A stretch of DNA of 29,686 bases from a virus. Its lineage: Duplodnaviria > Caudoviricetes. Positions 17,901 to 27,510 of this stretch are shown here, piece by piece. Each line of letters opens with the position of its first letter. The stretch's first letter is position 1. The stretch lies in IMG/VR virus record IMGVR_UViG_3300042444_000673, positions 1 through 29,686 of that record. One strand, given 5' to 3'. Made by a program: the position numbers and the translations under genes. A model generated the notes under the pieces. The model did no database searches. It was not told where the DNA came from and was given only the letters and a program-made list of their open reading frames with translations.

Positions 17901-20271
17901 TCCCTATAGGAAGACTACTTAGACTATCTGGTGTCATCATCAACACAACTACATTATCTGTATGATAGTTACCTGGTGTTAAATATGGACGTGTTGGATT
18001 GTTATTATAAGAATATCCACCCCCATTCAATGTTGGTTCAATTGACACATAAACTTGATTAATACCACCATTTGGATTATCGAAAGCTTCATCGAAGTAT
18101 TTTGCTTTCAAATTAAATAAATTTATTCTTTCAGCTGTTGTAATACTTCTTGTTCTATATGTTGCTGCAGTAATATCACCATCAGTTAGTGAAGCATAAA
18201 CACCATTTATGGGATATGGTGTCTTACTTACACCTGTTGGTTTTCTTGGTGGATACTTCACGTAATATCCACTCAATAATAAATTATAGTAGTTATAGTT
18301 TATATCATCCTCTATCTTATCCGTATTATAACTACCACCTTCAAAGTTCGTTATTTGTATCCCTGAAGCATTTGGTAATGGTGGTGGTGGAGGTGTTAAA
18401 GAGGTAGATGATGTCTGTATATTAACACCATCCTCACTTAAATTATCTGAATCCTTACATGAACAAAATTCACATTGATCGTATAATAACAAAGGTAAAT
18501 TTATACCTCTAAGTTTTAATTTACGAAGTTGTCTAAGTACAACACCCAATGCGAAAATAGCAGCAATCAATCCGACACCTTCAGCGACAAAACCTGCTAC
18601 CATACCAGCACTAACGACTCCAGCTGCAGCACCGAATATTTTTATTGGTAATGCTATAAACAACAAAACTGACAAATAAGTTATTAATAATGGTATTAGT
18701 GCAACTCTTAACAAAATAATTAAGAAAAATAATACATGTAATACCGGTACTAATGCAACTAAAATTGGTCTAAAAATGTATGATGCTAAAGTGTATAAAA
18801 GAAAAATTATATCCCATCTAAAAGACGCATCATTCGTTGGGAACTTATTATTCTCACTTTCACAACTATTGTCCAAAATATTTTTGATTGACACAATTCT
18901 ATTGGCAATAGTACCATTTCTATATTGGTCAATCAATTGGGATATTGTGTATACTTTATTGTATGAAAATTGATAAAAAGTATCTTCACAATTTATTGCA
19001 ACTTGTGGGTCAGCATAGTCATCCCAATCTAAACTGAAGGCATATGATTTTTTTTGGAGAATTGGGTTAGTTGGTGCTAAACCAGTACTTGACCACCCAT
19101 ATTCTCTAACATTTGGAACTAAAAAATACGCCCTTTTGACATTCTCATCTAAACTTGGTGATTGATTCCATTTAATTTTGAATCTATATTTTCCTCTAGT
19201 TGGAATGCCAACTTCAGGGTCATTCGAAAAGACTCTTTCCCCAAATTCGTTCGTTGTTACAAAATCCAAATTCATAGGTAGGTCAACTAACCAAGTACCA
19301 TTATCATCAATAACTTTTCCACCACTTTCTAATTCATATTGTTCCAAAATGGGTCTACCTTGGTCATCCTCGAATATAGTTTGTCTCAATGCCAATATTT
19401 CACCAGGACCTGTTACTAAACTACATAATTCACCTTGAGCAACTTTAGGTCTACAATTTCTTTTCAATGCTAAGTTTTCAACATCAGAAAATATTGACCC
19501 CATAAAGATTGCAGTTGGTTCAATAACAACATTAGCTTCAGCTGATAAGTCGAAGTCAGTTCTGTTTATACCGATATTACAAACATCGGGTTGTCCCCAT
19601 AATGGTTCAATTGTTATCGTTCTATTAAGTGAAACTATTTGAGGTAATTCGTTTAAGTTACTTGATGACTTAAATCTTGTACCTGAAACTTGTGCTTCTG
19701 TTGCTAAACCAGTTCTTATTAAATCTTGTGGCGCTAATGAAAATTCACCAATGTCAGATAAATCAACATCAACGTGAATTGTTTGTACCCCAATAGGTAC
19801 ACCAAAAATCATAAAGTCACCACTTTCATTTGTAACAGCAGTAAACTTATAATATTTGTCAAATACTTCTATGAAACTTTGATTAATTAATACATCTTCC
19901 TTGTCGAAGAAAGAACCAGTTGGTACGTGCGCAGAATAAGACTGAACGTAAGGTAATAAATTATATCTATACCCCACATCATTAATATCTGAAACAGTTT
20001 TGTAAGGATAAATGGCCGAAACAATAGGATTGTTTTCGTCTTCAGTTGCAAGTGGAACAAATATAGATACTTTACAATTTGGTAAACCAAATCCATTATT
20101 TATACTTATTCTACCAATTACAACACCATAATCAGCACATTGTCTAGTATAAATCTCACTTTGTAAAATCTTAAGTGAAAGTATTTCTAAGGATTCAAAA
20201 TCTTGTTCGAGATGTACGTTAATTGCTTTGTCAACCCCAACTTGGGTTCTTATTCTATATGAGTTAGACAT
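14968..20271 (-). CDS. Large baseplate-associated protein (1767 aa): N-terminal prealbumin/carboxypeptidase-regulatory-like beta domain and an internal ~95-aa hydrophobic segment
   Basis: GRISINNGFGLPNCKVSIF...TAVTNESGDFMIFGVPIGVQTIHVD resembles a carboxypeptidase-regulatory-like fold; hydrophobic run WDIIFLL...FALGVVL; directly downstream of the gp6-like gene. Confidence 0.6.
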   Translation of the reverse strand: MSNSYRIRTQVGVDKAINVHLEQDFESLEILSLKILQSEIYTRQCADYGVVIGRISINNGFGLPNCKVSIFVPLATEDENNPIVSAIYPYKTVSDINDVGYRYNLLPYVQSYSAHVPTGSFFDKEDVLINQSFIEVFDKYYKFTAVTNESGDFMIFGVPIGVQTIHVDVDLSDIGEFSLAPQDLIRTGLATEAQVSGTRFKSSSNLNELPQIVSLNRTITIEPLWGQPDVCNIGINRTDFDLSAEANVVIEPTAIFMGSIFSDVENLALKRNCRPKVAQGELCSLVTGPGEILALRQTIFEDDQGRPILEQYELESGGKVIDDNGTWLVDLPMNLDFVTTNEFGERVFSNDPEVGIPTRGKYRFKIKWNQSPSLDENVKRAYFLVPNVREYGWSSTGLAPTNPILQKKSYAFSLDWDDYADPQVAINCEDTFYQFSYNKVYTISQLIDQYRNGTIANRIVSIKNILDNSCESENNKFPTNDASFRWDIIFLLYTLASYIFRPILVALVPVLHVLFFLIILLRVALIPLLITYLSVLLFIALPIKIFGAAAGVVSAGMVAGFVAEGVGLIAAIFALGVVLRQLRKLKLRGINLPLLLYDQCEFCSCKDSDNLSEDGVNIQTSSTSLTPPPPPLPNASGIQITNFEGGSYNTDKIEDDINYNYYNLLLSGYYVKYPPRKPTGVSKTPYPINGVYASLTDGDITAATYRTRSITTAERINLFNLKAKYFDEAFDNPNGGINQVYVSIEPTLNGGGYSYNNNPTRPYLTPGNYHTDNVVVLMMTPDSLSSLPIGTLLSFVSPNTTKDINYSGGTLNEFQNNAITGTSYLNLTNPGATQVQINVPFTLPDGSLRTTIYTIPQSDGSSTGNTNCHKFPTDIEYFQVITAMTYSDFSTQANLAQFYAVLGGVPVLGQSLKNRFLDNDTFINIEIGDFLNQRVETIPSLRSLQDYEKNIIVILQRGVDPYTTRVETKFDLGRIFGVADPTLVSVQGKYHLNIPVQGGFFNVSHSNLISDISQLDSYSNSQLYYTSYDYIPAPNPSQQTFSAFTSNLPHYYSSLDNSNILSVDWTNCPLPQVPEPRGGAGFQSSKGASIGSDQNVNQHIIEYNVLIIPNVYAKQNLPTNVLNSSSQNRGYYPNEIVEGGSYMTIGGDIGRIGSFQFFGTLIIDSGTGQPQTYESSRYVSPMYFSGINWNYTTTQFQSRKLVMRSDRLPTSDRLLQNCDTYYTLQQNQNLGMYIIPDEGTFDVPLNVGATFGSQPYEDDTEIPNFTAELLRSTNNCSDSRNLGCYEFDANLTLRDGTNPGGGDYIINSGNCQKYLGKQVFENGCYKLVTTVFGSLVYDLGLVTEWLSRLNITFGACRNVFSHLFTHNWINGTLYAFAFKNNKTTDISGNDIPVFCPALIYYDSDTNNFYYRSSPYGPGSSPNTFGFLGRTASYLPNRKNLLFPTTIMDLGPRNDYLQELVFSDEYDGYVMNRLSSTSYQDVSELLNLLIITRLANTSFIAILVGANGGSIFEYFTRVPLFSVNQRLNVDADYAQMISINSELGVVPFESSAYPNTTPPPGVPVVIDPVYFNTGEFGDTIFGIFYSSDTQVRDFITPKRTIINNQALANDNCAFNNFYCYSQEVPFYQWEIKDNENTPNLNSIFGSQKNDWYSNSIDNSLFHSFKYQSMDRANSLSRYFRTNTSLFVGDRKGYIYSIDTRINPPAGPYTSPFYVTPSLNPLNNSWDVNNPDNNLITVGAPFYFYFGLKKGASAWDRFAKKWINTERIQ

Positions 20272-20286
20272 TAATTATCTTTTTAG

Positions 20287-20293
20287 ATAAATA
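20287..20293 (-). promoter_or_regulatory. TATTTAT putative phage promoter element (second copy at 20335-20341)
   Basis: CTATTTATCT on the - strand, 15 nt upstream of the ATG at 20271. Confidence 0.45.
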
Positions 20294-20346
20294 GTTTATT
20301 TGCTATTTTCAATAAAAGATAAAGGAAGTTGAGAATAAATAAATTA

Positions 20347-22185
20347 TCAAGAAAAATTAACTGTTTTGAGATTTTTAACCCTAACAACAATATCTTTGTT
20401 TGGAAATCTAACTTGATAAGTTTGACTTGGTTCAGCAAAAATAGTGTCGTCAACCAATTCGATTTGTTTAGTGGTGGAATCCGAATATCTTTGTGAAGTT
20501 TGTGATGATGAATATTGTCCCCCAACTTTATTGAAGATTTGAATGTCTGAAACTGAAAGTACACCATTTTGAGATTGGACTAATCTTCTTATTTCTGAGA
20601 CATTTACGTTTTGACCCATTTGTCTATTACCTGGGTCCATATATTGTGATACTATATCAATTATTTGAGTTACGAAAGCACCTTGATTTTGACTATTATC
20701 CAAAACAACATCAATATTAAATCCTAAATCAACAACATTTGCAGTTTCAACTGAGACATAATCATTAATCATTCTATAATTAGACAAGTAATTAGCGACA
20801 TTACTCTTCAATGTATTTGAAACGATTTCTGTTAGCCTACCTGAATCATCGTAGGACAACATCTTAATTTTAAGTTTGTTATTTTCTTCAGTAACAGAAA
20901 CTTTAGCAGGTGCGCCAAATTGTGATGGCATCGTTCTGATTACAGATTCATAGTCGTTGATTGTTACAGCTCTATTTTGTGCTGCAAAGTTATAAGTGAC
21001 TAAGTTTCTAACCTCTTCAGTTGTTGGGGCTCCAGCACCACCAATTGCTGCTGTAACATTAGTACATGATAAAGAATTAACTACACTTGTATTTACACTT
21101 GAAGAAGGCCCATTAACAGCAAAAGAAACAGTCCCGATGTTGTTAATAACGTTTACACCTAAATTACTACCAGTACCACCACCAACTCTATATTGTATAA
21201 ACAAAGTTGTGTTTGCTTTTAAGGTACTACCTAATGCTAAGTTATCAGAATATTTGTATAAATTAAGTTTGAATCCATTTCTTGCAAATTCAGCCAATTG
21301 TTCATCCGCTGATTGACTTCCACCACCAAAGGTCATTTTTAGAAAACCTTCTGGTGTGTATTCGGTAATAAATTTAGTATTTGTTTGTATATATCTACCT
21401 ACTTTAATACCAGGGTTATCTGATACTTTGGTGGGGTCTTCAACAAAAACTCTATCCTCAATTAATGCTTTTACTTCATACCATCTATTGTCCAAACCTT
21501 GAAATTCTTGTGGTGAAGGAACACTGGCATATTGTGTACCATCCTTTAACAATACACTTGTTACACCCAAAACATTTCTTTCGGGTAAAAATAATTCAAA
21601 AAATGGTCTTACATCATTTGGTGTTACCACCCTTTTGAAAACTTTTGTAGTACCATTAACTACAGTTTCTCTTTTAGTTATTGTATAATTTAATAGTTTG
21701 TTGTTACTATCAAAATTTGGTATTTTAAGTCTATTTGGAAATCCATCACCACCTACAGCTGAAGCAAAATCGATATCATAAACAGTTTCAAATACTTGTC
21801 CAGCACCATTAACTTGAGCACCTCTTCTTAATATCCCACAATATCTTAAATCTTCTTTGTCACCAAAAGCCGGAACTATGATACTAAAATCAACTAAAGC
21901 TACTGAAGGTCTTTGACCTGGTACTTTAAGACCATAAGTTCTTGCAATATTGAAAACTGAGGATCTTTGTTGGGCATATTGTAGAATTGTTTCTTGAATA
22001 CTTCTATCAATATTGTATTGTAAATTATCAGATACTGCAGCGTTCAAATCTAACAAAGCAGAAAATACTGAAGCGTCATTGAAGTTATCAATTAACTCAG
22101 GATAATAAGTTCTTGTAAAGTTTATTAATTCAGTTCTAATTGCCTGAAAATCCCTGGTTGTATATGATATTTTTTTGTTAGCCAT
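20347..22185 (-). CDS. Baseplate wedge subunit, T4 gp6 / baseplate J-like
   Basis: N-terminal YTTRDFQAIRTELINF and internal AAIGGAGAPTTEEVR...AAQNRAVTINDYE are typical gp6/J motifs; it follows a gp25-like gene. Confidence 0.85.
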   Translation of the reverse strand: MANKKISYTTRDFQAIRTELINFTRTYYPELIDNFNDASVFSALLDLNAAVSDNLQYNIDRSIQETILQYAQQRSSVFNIARTYGLKVPGQRPSVALVDFSIIVPAFGDKEDLRYCGILRRGAQVNGAGQVFETVYDIDFASAVGGDGFPNRLKIPNFDSNNKLLNYTITKRETVVNGTTKVFKRVVTPNDVRPFFELFLPERNVLGVTSVLLKDGTQYASVPSPQEFQGLDNRWYEVKALIEDRVFVEDPTKVSDNPGIKVGRYIQTNTKFITEYTPEGFLKMTFGGGSQSADEQLAEFARNGFKLNLYKYSDNLALGSTLKANTTLFIQYRVGGGTGSNLGVNVINNIGTVSFAVNGPSSSVNTSVVNSLSCTNVTAAIGGAGAPTTEEVRNLVTYNFAAQNRAVTINDYESVIRTMPSQFGAPAKVSVTEENNKLKIKMLSYDDSGRLTEIVSNTLKSNVANYLSNYRMINDYVSVETANVVDLGFNIDVVLDNSQNQGAFVTQIIDIVSQYMDPGNRQMGQNVNVSEIRRLVQSQNGVLSVSDIQIFNKVGGQYSSSQTSQRYSDSTTKQIELVDDTIFAEPSQTYQVRFPNKDIVVRVKNLKTVNFS

Positions 22186-22189
22186 ATTT

Positions 22190-22648
22190 TTATATGTTAA
22201 TAATTACAAAATCACTTGAGTTAAATGCCGAATCTGTGATTGTATAATCTATTTTAATTTTTGCAGTATGTTCTAATTGTCCTATGTTTGTAACAACAAA
22301 TTCCCTTTCACCAGCGTCATTTACAAAAGTTCCCTTGTTTTCCTCACCATCAGATGCCGCAGTTATAGAGATATTTGTGATTGTTAAACCCGGTAGATAT
22401 TCACCCACAGAATCTCTTATTTCCGCTTCAATGTCTGAAAAGGTAGGTCCATCCAATGGTTCGAATATGTACTCATACAATCTTGTACCAAAATCAGGTA
22501 AGTAATATCTTGTACCCTTTCTCGTTAGTAATAAATGTACCAAATTACTTCTAATTTCTTCATCACTGGTTTGTGATAGAGACAAGTAATTACCCTGATA
22601 TGAGTCCCTAAATGGGAAATTTATTCCATATGTTTTACCATCAGCCAT
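22190..22648 (-). CDS. Baseplate sheath-initiator, T4 gp25 / P2 gpW-like
   Basis: EEIRSNLVHLLLTRKGTRYYLPDFGTRLYEYIFEP matches the GPW_gp25 family signature. Confidence 0.9.
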   Translation of the reverse strand: MADGKTYGINFPFRDSYQGNYLSLSQTSDEEIRSNLVHLLLTRKGTRYYLPDFGTRLYEYIFEPLDGPTFSDIEAEIRDSVGEYLPGLTITNISITAASDGEENKGTFVNDAGEREFVVTNIGQLEHTAKIKIDYTITDSAFNSSDFVIINI

Positions 22649-22652
22649 AACA

Positions 22653-22685
22653 ATAAATATATAACCTATATTTTTTCTATAAATA
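22653..22685 (-). promoter_or_regulatory. Two TATTTAT elements heading the baseplate operon
   Basis: Copies at 22679-22685 and 22653-22659, between the nrdA terminator and the gp25 ATG (22648). Confidence 0.5.
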
Positions 22686-22689
22686 CCAT

Positions 22690-22724
22690 AAAATAGAAAA
22701 TCACGACATTAAGCCGTGATTTCT
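22690..22724 (-). terminator. Intrinsic terminator after nrdA
   Basis: On the - strand: AAATCACGGC-ttaat-GTCGTGATTT (one G.U pair), then TCTATTTT, just after the nrdA stop at 22729. Confidence 0.75.
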
Positions 22725-22728
22725 TTAT

Positions 22729-25146
22729 TTAAGATGAACAACCAAAACATTCAAAAGGTGAATCTGTTGGTTTGTTTGTTATTACCTCAACGTGTGGTAA
22801 TGTTGGTGTAACTTTTGGTTTTTCTATTTTAGATATATCTACTGCTAAATGTTTTGCACCAGTTGATATTGCTTTAGTTCTAACATAGTAACAAAGTGTT
22901 TTCAATCCTTTTTGCCAAGCGTGGAAGTGTGACGATGTTACTTTAGATAAAGTTGGGTTACCCATATAGATATTCATTGATTGTGATTGGTCAATAAATG
23001 GAGCTCTATCTGCAGCCATATCAATCAATTCTCTTTGTGAAATTTCCCAAATGGTCTTGTATTTCTTAATCAAATGTTCAATTCTTTTAACCTTTTGGTT
23101 GTATTTCTTATCTTCCTTATCTAAATAATTGTTGAAGTTAATATTCTGAATTGAACCTTCATTCAATATAATCTCGTTTTTCAAATCTTCACCCCAAATT
23201 CCAAGTTTCTCAAAGTCAGCAATTAGATATTTGTTTACAATCATAATCTCACCACCAACTACTCTTCTATTAAAGATTGCTGAGTGTGCTGGTTCAGTCA
23301 TTTCATAAGAACCTGTTATCTTAGCTGAACTTGCAACTGGCATCTGTGCTGTGAACAATGAGTTACAAATACCATATTTCATAACATTTTCTTTCAAATC
23401 ATTCCAATCCCATCTTCCTGATAAATCAGATTCAGATAATCCCCACATATCAAATTGGAAGATACCTTTTGACATTGGTGAACCTTCAAAGAAATCATAT
23501 TTTGGATATTCACCATCGTGAGTTAATTTATTACTTTCACTAATTGCCGCATAATAAATTGTTTCAAATATTTCTTTGTTTAACTTCTTTGCTTCTTCAG
23601 AGGTAAACTCATAATCCATCAGATAAAATACATCAGCCAAACCTTGTGTTCCAATTGCAATTGCTCTTTGTTCTTTACCACCTTTTTCACCCTTACTTGT
23701 TGAGTAATTGTTGATATTAACAACTTTGTTTAATGCTCTTACAACTTTACAAGTTTCATTATAAAGTCCCTCAAAATCGAATTGTCCATCGTGAACAAAG
23801 TTCTTTAATACCATTGAAGATAGGGTACAAATAGCAGTTGTTGTTTCATCAGTATATTGGTAAATCTCATTACAAAGATTTGATTGTTTGATTACCCCAA
23901 TGTTTTGATGATTTGTTTTTCTGTTTGCACTATCTTTAGAACAAAGATAAGGTACACCAGTTTCAATTTGAGATTCAATTACTTTATTCCAAATATCTTG
24001 AGCTTTAACTTTTTTACCTAATCCAAGATTAACTGCTTGTTCATATACAGATTCATATTCATCACCGAAACATTCTTGTAATGGTTTCAATCCCGACTTC
24101 TTAATATCATTAGGACAGAATAAATACCAATCACCATTTTCTTTAACGGCTCTCATGAAGTTATCAGGTATCCATAGAGCTGTAAATAAGTCACGAGCTC
24201 TTAATTCTTCAGCACCTGTATTCTTTTTGATTTCTAATAAATCTATGATGTCTTTGTGCCAAGGTTCAAGGTATATTGCTGCAGAACCTGGTCTTCTACC
24301 TTGTTGATTGAAGAATCTTAATGACTCATTTACAATCTTAAGATATTTCAACAATCCACCCGCAAATCCACCTGATGTTGATAATCTACTTTCCTTACTT
24401 CTGATATTTGACATACAAAGTCCAATACCTGCAGCATCGGCTGAATAGGTTGAGATATCATTCATAGTTGACAATAACCCCTCTCTTGAGTCATCATTAT
24501 TATAATGTAACACACAAGATGCTAACTGAGGTATTTTTGTACCTGAATTAATCATAATTGGGGTTGCAGGAGAAATAAGTTGAGTTGATAATGATTTGTA
24601 GTACTCCACAGCCTCCTCAAAGGATTTTGTAACCCATAGAGCAACTCTCATATACATATGTTGAGGTCTTTCAATTGTAACACCTTGTGGTGTTTTCAAT
24701 AGATACATCTCATATAATGAACGCCAAGCGAAATAATCAAAGTTGTAATCATTTTCGTGATTAATAACTTCGTCAATATTACTTGTACCATAACTTTCAA
24801 TCGTTTTCATCAACTCGTCATTTACAATACCTACAGAGTGTAATGTATTCATTGTATTTGAGAAACTTCCATCAGTTTCTTTATGATAAGATGATATAGC
24901 AATTTGAGATGCCAACCTTGAATAATCGTGATGACTTCCTGTATATGATGCAGCAATCTCATAAATCAACTTATCAAGTTGTTTTGTAGTAATAAGTCCT
25001 TCAGTAGGTACTGAAGTGATTACTTTAATAAAAATCTCATCCGAATTAACACTGAGTCCTTTACTTGATCTCTTGATTCTATTGTAGATTTTTTGGGGGT
25101 TGAAGGCAGCTTCTTCCCCATTTCTTTTTTGAATTTTTAATGACAT
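22729..25146 (-). CDS. nrdA: Ribonucleoside-diphosphate reductase class Ia alpha subunit with ATP cone
   Basis: N-terminal KIQKRNG..FNPQKI ATP cone; SPATP, QLASC, QSNLCNEI (thiyl-radical Cys), MPVASSA, YYVRT, C-terminal CFGCSS. Confidence 0.97.
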   Translation of the reverse strand: MSLKIQKRNGEEAAFNPQKIYNRIKRSSKGLSVNSDEIFIKVITSVPTEGLITTKQLDKLIYEIAASYTGSHHDYSRLASQIAISSYHKETDGSFSNTMNTLHSVGIVNDELMKTIESYGTSNIDEVINHENDYNFDYFAWRSLYEMYLLKTPQGVTIERPQHMYMRVALWVTKSFEEAVEYYKSLSTQLISPATPIMINSGTKIPQLASCVLHYNNDDSREGLLSTMNDISTYSADAAGIGLCMSNIRSKESRLSTSGGFAGGLLKYLKIVNESLRFFNQQGRRPGSAAIYLEPWHKDIIDLLEIKKNTGAEELRARDLFTALWIPDNFMRAVKENGDWYLFCPNDIKKSGLKPLQECFGDEYESVYEQAVNLGLGKKVKAQDIWNKVIESQIETGVPYLCSKDSANRKTNHQNIGVIKQSNLCNEIYQYTDETTTAICTLSSMVLKNFVHDGQFDFEGLYNETCKVVRALNKVVNINNYSTSKGEKGGKEQRAIAIGTQGLADVFYLMDYEFTSEEAKKLNKEIFETIYYAAISESNKLTHDGEYPKYDFFEGSPMSKGIFQFDMWGLSESDLSGRWDWNDLKENVMKYGICNSLFTAQMPVASSAKITGSYEMTEPAHSAIFNRRVVGGEIMIVNKYLIADFEKLGIWGEDLKNEIILNEGSIQNINFNNYLDKEDKKYNQKVKRIEHLIKKYKTIWEISQRELIDMAADRAPFIDQSQSMNIYMGNPTLSKVTSSHFHAWQKGLKTLCYYVRTKAISTGAKHLAVDISKIEKPKVTPTLPHVEVITNKPTDSPFECFGCSS

Positions 25147-25157
25147 AATTAATTTTT

Positions 25158-26108
25158 TTAGAAGTCGTCTGTGAATGTTAGAGTTTCGTTCAATTTAGCT
25201 TTTTGATACTCCATTGTTCTTGATTCGAAGAAATTACCTTTTGTTTCAACAGCTATTTGTTCCATAAATTTGAAAGGTTGTTCTACATTAAATTGTTTTT
25301 TACATCCAAATTTAACTAACAATCCATCAACAACAAACTCCAAGTATTGTTTCATTAGGTTTGAATTCATACCAATAAGAGATACAGGTAGAGATTCAGT
25401 GATAAATTCTTTTTCGATTTCCAAGGCTGAAAGTAGAATTTCTTTGATTCTCTTTTCACTTGGTTTATTTTCAACATGATTATTCAATAAGTGAATTGCG
25501 AAATCACAATGTAAGTTTTCATCCTTAAAAATCAAAGAGTTAGCATTACATAATCCTTGCATTATTCCTCTTGATTTTAACCAGAATATTGAACAGAATG
25601 AACCTGAAAAGAATATACCTTCAACTGCTGCGAAAGCAACCAACCTTTCTTGGAATGATGCTTTTTCAATCCAATCTAAAGCCCATTTAGCTTTCTTCTG
25701 AACCGCAGGTAATCTATCAATTGCATTGAAACATTCGTCTTTCTCTTTTGGATTTGAAATGTAAGTATCAATTAATAAAGAATACATTAAAGAATGGATA
25801 TTTTCCATCATTAATTGAAATCCATAGAAAAATTTAGCTTCAGGATATTGTACTTCTCGGTAGAAGTTTTCAGCCAAGTTCTCATTTACAATACCATCAG
25901 AGGCCGCAAAGAAAGATAATACATTCTTAACAAAATACTTTTCATTGTCAGAAAGGTTTTCCCAATCTCTAATATCGTTGGTTAAATCAACCTCTTCTGC
26001 TGTCCAAAATGCCGCTTGGTGTTGTTTATAGTATTCCCAAATATCATTGTATTGAATTGGGAATATAACAAATCTACCAGGGTTTTCCGTTAAAATCTTT
26101 TCAGTCAT
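25158..26108 (-). CDS. nrdB: Ribonucleoside-diphosphate reductase class Ia beta subunit
   Basis: [30 protein letters not shown] (radical Tyr), [25 protein letters not shown]. Confidence 0.97.
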   Translation of the reverse strand: MTEKILTENPGRFVIFPIQYNDIWEYYKQHQAAFWTAEEVDLTNDIRDWENLSDNEKYFVKNVLSFFAASDGIVNENLAENFYREVQYPEAKFFYGFQLMMENIHSLMYSLLIDTYISNPKEKDECFNAIDRLPAVQKKAKWALDWIEKASFQERLVAFAAVEGIFFSGSFCSIFWLKSRGIMQGLCNANSLIFKDENLHCDFAIHLLNNHVENKPSEKRIKEILLSALEIEKEFITESLPVSLIGMNSNLMKQYLEFVVDGLLVKFGCKKQFNVEQPFKFMEQIAVETKGNFFESRTMEYQKAKLNETLTFTDDF

Positions 26109-26110
26109 AA

Positions 26111-27490
26111 TTAAATCGTGTTTTCTCTTTGTTTTCTTTTTTCTAATAAATCTTTAATTCTTTGTCTGTTGTTTTCTTCTTTTTGTTCTTCGTGTCCCAA
26201 GAATGTGACCGAAGATTCTGTATCAATTTCCAACATACTATTGTCAAACTTACAATTTTCAAAGATAATCCCATCATCCCCAATCCTTGATTTTGTAATC
26301 GCAATTGTTGCTAATTTCATTTCTTTCTGTTGTAATGTTTTAGCTATTGAAATAATAACGTGTCCAACTTGAGCTTTCTTAATTGACCCACCCATTTGGT
26401 CTGTTGTTACAACTTCAGATGAAATAGAACTTCTATTACCTTGTGTTGCAGTCCAACCAACTAAATTAAGTTCGTGACACATTGCTTCAAATCCTCTCAT
26501 TACAGAACCTTCTGACTTCCATTCATCACCCAAGTTTTTCTCAGGTACAACACAGTCAATATAGTCCAACAACACCATATCTACTTTGATACCATCAGCA
26601 ATCTTCTTTCTAATGAGATTCTTGATTTGAGTCATTGTCATTGTATCTGAAGGAAGTTTCTCCAAAATAAGTTGGTTTGTCATTTTGTTTTCAACTTCCT
26701 TAACTCTCATCAAAACTTCTTCTTTTTTAATTGACATTTCATCAGGGTGGATTTTAGTCCACAATGTAAAATGTTTTCTTTGAATAACCTTGGGATTGTC
26801 CTCAAAAAATATTTGAAGAACATTATATCCGAGGTTAAATGCGTGGTTTGCAATCTTAGTTAAGATAGTTGATTTACCTACACCTGTTGGTGCTAATACA
26901 ACTCCGATTTCACCTTTAGCTAAACCACCTTTCAGTAATCTATCAATACCAGGTATTCCCATAGGTATTGGGTGTCTATAATCCTCATTCAGAACATCAT
27001 CCAAGTTGGAGAAAACGTTTAACATTCCATCTTCAACAATCCCAACTTGGAGTGCTTCACGTATCATTTCTTCAAGGGCATCGTAGTTCTCGAACTCTCC
27101 ACCATCGATAACCTTTTGAGCTTTTGTTATTGCTTTTTGTAACTCTTGTTGTTTGCAAAACTTCAAAGCTTTTTCTTGTACAAAGTCCCCACCAGATACT
27201 GGTGCTTCCTTGATTTTTCTTATAGTATCTATAACTACTTTGGCAATAGATTCTTGTTGAAATTCAGACTTAGTAATTTGTTCAAGTGTTTCAAAACTAG
27301 GAACTCCATCCCACTTTTGATTATACTCCTTAATCATTTGAATAATGATTTTGAAGTATTTGTTATCGAAATAATTGGGTTCAATAACATCAACAATAGA
27401 CCTTGAGAACTCTTTATCTACTACAATTTGATTAAGTAGTTGTACCTGAAATGAGCTTCCTAAGTAATCAAAATTTTTATTAGATGACAT
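26111..27490 (-). CDS. Replicative DNA helicase, DnaB / T4 gp41-like
   Basis: Walker [10 protein letters not shown], Walker [21 protein letters not shown]. Confidence 0.9.
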   Translation of the reverse strand: MSSNKNFDYLGSSFQVQLLNQIVVDKEFSRSIVDVIEPNYFDNKYFKIIIQMIKEYNQKWDGVPSFETLEQITKSEFQQESIAKVVIDTIRKIKEAPVSGGDFVQEKALKFCKQQELQKAITKAQKVIDGGEFENYDALEEMIREALQVGIVEDGMLNVFSNLDDVLNEDYRHPIPMGIPGIDRLLKGGLAKGEIGVVLAPTGVGKSTILTKIANHAFNLGYNVLQIFFEDNPKVIQRKHFTLWTKIHPDEMSIKKEEVLMRVKEVENKMTNQLILEKLPSDTMTMTQIKNLIRKKIADGIKVDMVLLDYIDCVVPEKNLGDEWKSEGSVMRGFEAMCHELNLVGWTATQGNRSSISSEVVTTDQMGGSIKKAQVGHVIISIAKTLQQKEMKLATIAITKSRIGDDGIIFENCKFDNSMLEIDTESSVTFLGHEEQKEENNRQRIKDLLEKRKQRENTI

Positions 27491-27510
27491 AAGTTTAAGT
27501 TATTGTATGA

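Noticed and set aside
3583-22648. Bacterial extracellular contractile injection system or T6SS locus
   Set aside because: It is contiguous with phage-type helicase, exonuclease, RNR, MTase and resolvase genes at phage-like gene density; a phage genome is the simpler explanation.
22729-26108. Eukaryotic giant virus (NCLDV) origin suggested by eukaryote-like RNR and Cys-rich proteins
   Set aside because: gp25/gp6 baseplate genes, a DnaB-type helicase, overlapping operonic genes and intrinsic terminators indicate a bacteriophage.
22729-27490. Introns, inteins or homing endonucleases in nrdA, nrdB or the helicase
   Set aside because: The ORFs are uninterrupted and of normal length, with no intein splice motifs or LAGLIDADG/HNH/GIY-YIG signatures noticed.
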